The position numbers and the translations under genes are program-made. Below, in pieces: positions 37,923-41,993 of a DNA stretch of 41,993 nt (position 1 is the stretch's first letter; the number at the start of each line of letters is the position of its first letter). Where the stretch lies: NCBI GenBank assembly GCA_002171735.1, contig NHDO01000041.1:20630-62622 (forward strand), read 5' to 3'. Below the pieces are notes generated by a model. The model saw only the letters and a program-made list of their open reading frames with translations. It had not been told where the DNA came from and searched no databases. This stretch comes from Proteobacteria bacterium TMED61. Its GTDB lineage: Bacteria > Pseudomonadota > Gammaproteobacteria > Arenicellales > UBA868.

Positions 37923-39119
37923 ATGAATCAGCAGACAGTTGATTTGTACCGTGCCATGTCGGCGCAGGTGTCGGCCGACTCGATCACGCGCTGGCTTAAG
38001 GAGATGATTGCCATCCCGAGTGAAAACCCGATGGCAGATGAAGCGCGGCCAGGCCATCGCGAGCAGGAGATCGGGGAATACTATCTTGAGCAGATGTGCC
38101 AGTTGGGGCTGACCGTTGGCTCACGCGAGGCGGCACCTGGTCGTCCTAACGTCTTCGGTACGCGGGCAGGCAGAAAGGATCATCCATCACTGATGCTCTG
38201 CGGGCATCTGGATACCGTGCCGACAGAAGGATATGACGAGCCTTATGTGCCTCACGAAAAAGACGGACGCATTTACGGACGCGGTTCCTGCGATATGAAA
38301 GCGGGACTCGCGTGTTACCTTGAAGTGGCGCGGTTGCTTCAGAATGCAGAGGTGACGCTTTCCGGGTCATTGATTCTCTGTGGTGTTGCCGATGAGGAAT
38401 GGCAGATGATTGGCTCACGCGAGATTGGGCGCAACGGTCCATTTGCCGATCAATGCATTATTGGAGAGCCTTCGGACCTTGCGGTGTGCCCCGCTCACAA
38501 GGGGCAGTACGGTTTCTTTATCCGGACTTTCGGTAAAGCGGTGCATTCCAGTATCCCAGAGCAGGGGGAGAATGCAATCGAACGGATGGCGCGGGTAGTG
38601 AATGCACTTTCGGACTACAACGAAGAACTGGCAACTCGGGACCCTCACCCCCTTTGTGGGCACGGCACCTACAGTCCCGGGGTAATTCGCGGAGGCGATC
38701 TTGCCAGCGCCGTGCCTGATTTTTGCGAACTCGAGATCGATCGTCGTATTCTTCCGAGCGACTTGACCGGAGATGTACGTAAAGACATCGCCCAGCGTCT
38801 GGAACCGCTAAAAAATCAAGATCCGGGATTCCGATACGAGTTAAGCGATCCCTCATGGGACATTCCAGCAAATGACTTGTCCGTGGAAGCGCCAGTGGTT
38901 CAGTCGCTGTTGAATGCTTCGACAGAGTTGAGTGGTCAGCCTGAAACGGCCCGGTCATTCCCCGGGGCTACCGATGCGCCCAACCTGAAGACCCCGGCGG
39001 TAGTCTGCGGGCCAGGCGCCCTGGCCCAGGCGCATTCCCTCAATGAATTTGTTGAGATCGAGCAGTGTGTGCGGGCAACGAAGATGTATCTGCGAGCTGT
39101 TGTGGATCTGCTGGCCTAG
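37923..39119 (+). CDS. M20 family metallohydrolase (ArgE/DapE-like deacylase); start uncertain
   Basis: GHLDTVP, GRGSCDMKAG, ADEE, IGEPS, QAHSLNE. Confidence 0.88.
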   Translation: MNQQTVDLYRAMSAQVSADSITRWLKEMIAIPSENPMADEARPGHREQEIGEYYLEQMCQLGLTVGSREAAPGRPNVFGTRAGRKDHPSLMLCGHLDTVPTEGYDEPYVPHEKDGRIYGRGSCDMKAGLACYLEVARLLQNAEVTLSGSLILCGVADEEWQMIGSREIGRNGPFADQCIIGEPSDLAVCPAHKGQYGFFIRTFGKAVHSSIPEQGENAIERMARVVNALSDYNEELATRDPHPLCGHGTYSPGVIRGGDLASAVPDFCELEIDRRILPSDLTGDVRKDIAQRLEPLKNQDPGFRYELSDPSWDIPANDLSVEAPVVQSLLNASTELSGQPETARSFPGATDAPNLKTPAVVCGPGALAQAHSLNEFVEIEQCVRATKMYLRAVVDLLA

Positions 39120-39125
39120 TCCTGA

Positions 39126-40370
39126 TCAGCCAAGAAACCGTTGAGCGCGATAGGGTGCCGGGTCGACGATCGGATCTTCCCGGTCGATGATCTGTTGCAC
39201 CAGTTTTCCGGTGATTCCTCCAAGCGTAAGCCCGACGTGCTGATGACCAAATGCGTAAACCACTGACGGGTGTTTCGACGAGCGACCGATGACGGGCAGA
39301 CTGTCAGGCAGCGTGGGACGAAAGCCCAGCCAGGTATCCCCCCGTTGATGAAGTGCCGGTAGGGCGCGCCGGGCAGTCCGCTCAATGTAATCCAGCCGCC
39401 GCGGATTCGGCTTGGCATCCAGACCTGCGAGTTCAACGGTTCCCGCAGCCCGCAATCCGCCGCCGACGGGCGAAAGATAAAATCCCGCATCAGCAAGACC
39501 CACAGGCCGCGAGATCATCGATGCGTCATCGGGAAACATCACGTGGTAACCACGTTCAGTATCCAGGGGCAGACGGTCCATCACCGATCCTCCGATCCGG
39601 GTTGACCAGGCGCCAGCCGCGATCACGACATCCTTGAATACCCGCGTGTTTCCGGACAGGTGCGCACGAACCTGATCAAGAGCGACAGGCTCAATACTCT
39701 GGACACGGTCTCGGATAACTTCGCCCCCGTCTTCGGCGAATCGTTTCACCAGCCGGGAGATGACTTGTTGAGGATCGCGCAGCTGAAATCCGTCGTTGTA
39801 AAGCACACCACCCGTAAAGATCGGCGCAAGGGCTGGCTCCAAGTCCTGAATCTCGCCCGCCCCGACTTCAGTAATAGACATCCCCTGATCACGCCGACGT
39901 GAGATATCGCCTTGTGCGGCAGCGCGCGCTTGCGCGTCGGAGTAGAGATAAAGTGTACCGTTGCGCCGAATGAGGTCCATCGCACCTGCAGACTCAAAAA
40001 GCGTTAGGGAAGCATCTTCAACATGCCGAAGTAGCGCACCCAGTGCCGAGATGGTCTGGTCTACTTGTTCACGGCGACAATAACGCAAAAACGAGAAGAG
40101 CCAGGGCAGATTTGTGAGGGCATATCCAGGTGAAATCGATAGAGGCCGCTCCGCTCCGAACATTAGTGTCGGCAACGATTTCAGGAGTTTGGGATGGTTG
40201 ACGGGAATGCAGGCGTAGGGTGCGATGGCAGCGGCGTTGCCGTAACTTGTTTGGCTGCCCGGTGGGTGTGGGTCGACCAAAGTGACACTATGTCCGGCAC
40301 GCTGCAGATACAGTGCACAGCAGCTGCCGACCATTCCGGCCCCGATAACCAGTTTTTGTGTAGAGTCCAT
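39126..40370 (-). CDS. FAD-dependent oxidoreductase, D-amino acid dehydrogenase (DadA-like) family
   Basis: IGAGMVG, TSYGNAA, ERGYH, WLGFRPTLPDSLPVIG, FGHQHVGLT. Confidence 0.88.
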   Translation of the reverse strand: MDSTQKLVIGAGMVGSCCALYLQRAGHSVTLVDPHPPGSQTSYGNAAAIAPYACIPVNHPKLLKSLPTLMFGAERPLSISPGYALTNLPWLFSFLRYCRREQVDQTISALGALLRHVEDASLTLFESAGAMDLIRRNGTLYLYSDAQARAAAQGDISRRRDQGMSITEVGAGEIQDLEPALAPIFTGGVLYNDGFQLRDPQQVISRLVKRFAEDGGEVIRDRVQSIEPVALDQVRAHLSGNTRVFKDVVIAAGAWSTRIGGSVMDRLPLDTERGYHVMFPDDASMISRPVGLADAGFYLSPVGGGLRAAGTVELAGLDAKPNPRRLDYIERTARRALPALHQRGDTWLGFRPTLPDSLPVIGRSSKHPSVVYAFGHQHVGLTLGGITGKLVQQIIDREDPIVDPAPYRAQRFLG

Positions 40371-40531
40371 TATTCGACCTTGAAGTATTAAAAAAGGGCA
40401 GATGGTAGGCTGAGCAGATTTATTGTTTAAAATATTCTATTTCAACTCGCCTGTGCCCATCGTTTGGCTCTTTGTCGATAATACAGAAAGGAAATGATGC
40501 TGGGGTGACTGTTTTATAAGGAGGAACTGAA

Positions 40532-41719
40532 ATGACCAAGACTTTTATTCGCTGTGCACTGGTATGGGCGGCTTTCGCTTTGCCCGGCACCAGCTTGGCG
40601 CAGAACGTCAAGATTGGTTTTGTGACCACATTGACGACGGGTGCGGCAGTGATTGGCAATGACATGCGCGATGCCGTGAATCTCGCGGTCGAGGATCTCA
40701 ACGGCAAGATGGGTGATCTCGACATCGAAGTAATCTTTGCCGATGACGGCTTCAAGCCGGAAACCGGCAAGCAGGTAACCGATAAACTGGTCAAGTCGGA
40801 CGATGTTGATTTTGTGGCTGGATACATATGGTCCCATGTGTTGTTGGCTTCCCAGAAGTCGGTCCTGAGCGCAGAAAAATTTCTGATCAGTGCCAATGCC
40901 GGACCGTCACAACTTGCCGGGAAACTCTGCCATCGCGACTTCTTTTCCACCTCCTGGCAGAACGATCAGACCCCGATGGCCATGGGCGCAGTGCTGAGTC
41001 AACAAGGGATTGGCAAGCTTTACGTTATGGCGCCCAACTATGCCGCCGGCAAAAACATGGTTGCAGGCGTCGAGCGCACTTTCAAGGGTGAGATTGTCGG
41101 CAAAGACCTGACCAAATGGGGTAAGGACGCGCAGTTGGACTTTTCGGCGGAACTTGCCAAAGCCAAAGCGTCGGGTGCGGAGGCAATTTTCGTCTTCTAT
41201 CCTGGAAAGGCGGGAGGCGCTTTTATGAAGCAGTATGAGCAGGCCGGGTTGGCAGACAAGTTGCCGCTTTATACTGTTTTCACTGTCGACGCTATCTCGT
41301 TGCCCAAACTGCAGCAGGCGAATATGAAAGCAGTGCTGGGTTCGCTGACTACCGGATTTTGGGGCCCGGGACTCAAGACACCCCAGAACCAGCAATTCGT
41401 GTCTGGTTTCCGGGAGAAATATGGACGCTATCCCTCGTTTTATGCGGCACAGTCCTATGACAGTATCTTCCTTATCAACAGCGCTGTTGAGGCGGTCGGG
41501 GGTAATTTGCAGGATCGTGACGGAATGCGGGCGGCCATGGAGAAGGCAGCGTTTCCTTCAGTGCGGGGATCTTTTTCCTACGGCGACAACCATTTTCCAA
41601 TCCAGAATTTCTATCTTCTTGAGGTTGTTGCAGATGGTGACGGCAACTGGACGACCGAGATCCGTTCCACGGTTCTTGAGAATCATCAGGATACCTACGT
41701 AGCCGATTGCCGGCTCTAA
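40532..41719 (+). CDS. ABC transporter substrate-binding protein, LivK/HAAT type
   Basis: Signal peptide, VKIGFVTTL, DDGFKPE, PNYAAG, YAAQSYD; AAGGAGG RBS. Confidence 0.9.
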   Translation: MTKTFIRCALVWAAFALPGTSLAQNVKIGFVTTLTTGAAVIGNDMRDAVNLAVEDLNGKMGDLDIEVIFADDGFKPETGKQVTDKLVKSDDVDFVAGYIWSHVLLASQKSVLSAEKFLISANAGPSQLAGKLCHRDFFSTSWQNDQTPMAMGAVLSQQGIGKLYVMAPNYAAGKNMVAGVERTFKGEIVGKDLTKWGKDAQLDFSAELAKAKASGAEAIFVFYPGKAGGAFMKQYEQAGLADKLPLYTVFTVDAISLPKLQQANMKAVLGSLTTGFWGPGLKTPQNQQFVSGFREKYGRYPSFYAAQSYDSIFLINSAVEAVGGNLQDRDGMRAAMEKAAFPSVRGSFSYGDNHFPIQNFYLLEVVADGDGNWTTEIRSTVLENHQDTYVADCRL

Positions 41720-41855
41720 AAAGAGAATATCTTCGGTCTGGTGTTTTGAGTCTCCAGCCACCGTGCTCCCGGCCCAAGATCGGGAGCATGGCGATATTCT
41801 CTGCGTCGCACTATCCGCTATTCCCGGCGCATGACACCTTGAAGGTGGCCTGATC

Positions 41856-41993
41856 ATGGACGGTGCGCTCATGCTGATCCAGATGCTCAATGGACTGCAG
41901 TTGGGTGTGCTGCTGTTTTTATTGGCTGCCGGACTGACGCTGGTTTTCGGCATCATGGATTTTATTAACCTCGCCCATGGTGCGTTCTATATG
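41856..41993 (+). CDS. Branched-chain amino acid type ABC permease, LivH family (3' truncated by window edge)
   Basis: Own translation: MDGALMLIQMLNGLQLGVLLFLLAAGLTLVFGIMDFINLAHGAFYM. Confidence 0.9.
   Translation, partial: MDGALMLIQMLNGLQLGVLLFLLAAGLTLVFGIMDFINLAHGAFYM

Noticed and set aside
1-41993. CRISPR arrays, IS elements, prophage, defence or retroelement genes
   Set aside because: No regularly spaced repeats and no transposase, integrase, RT or nuclease motifs in any ORF

Overview
Gene-dense chromosomal window from a GC-rich proteobacterium. The core gene order looks gammaproteobacterial and the catabolic content suggests a marine heterotroph; both are inferences. Bases 1-15.9 kb are housekeeping: clpX (partial), lon, hupB, tRNA-Val, tRNA-Asp, ppiD, fabI, rsmJ-like, rsmE, valS, a hypothetical gene, holC, pepA, lptF and lptG. 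Bases 16-42 kb are mostly organic N/S catabolism and transport: a TauD-family dioxygenase, ald-xsc with a divergent omega-amino acid:pyruvate transaminase, a PotABCD-family ABC system, a core-only MetE-like methyltransferase, a second class III transaminase, mmsA, panC, a 3-hydroxyacid dehydrogenase, a gamma-carbonic anhydrase, sohB, an M20 hydrolase, a DadA-like oxidoreductase and the start of a Liv-type ABC system. A patch at about 27.6-30.3 kb holds decayed envelope genes. No integrase, transposase, prophage or CRISPR array was seen. Best leads: (1) the 181-aa gene upstream of valS has PopZ-like architecture and position; (2) a perfect palindrome resembling a PhaR box upstream of panC; (3) a taurine module that appears to use a BauA-type transaminase; (4) a PotC permease with an extra TM helix and a duplicated 22-aa motif; (5) an MltF-like gene with an internal deletion. 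All calls are by eye from motifs and recalled family knowledge; no searches were run.
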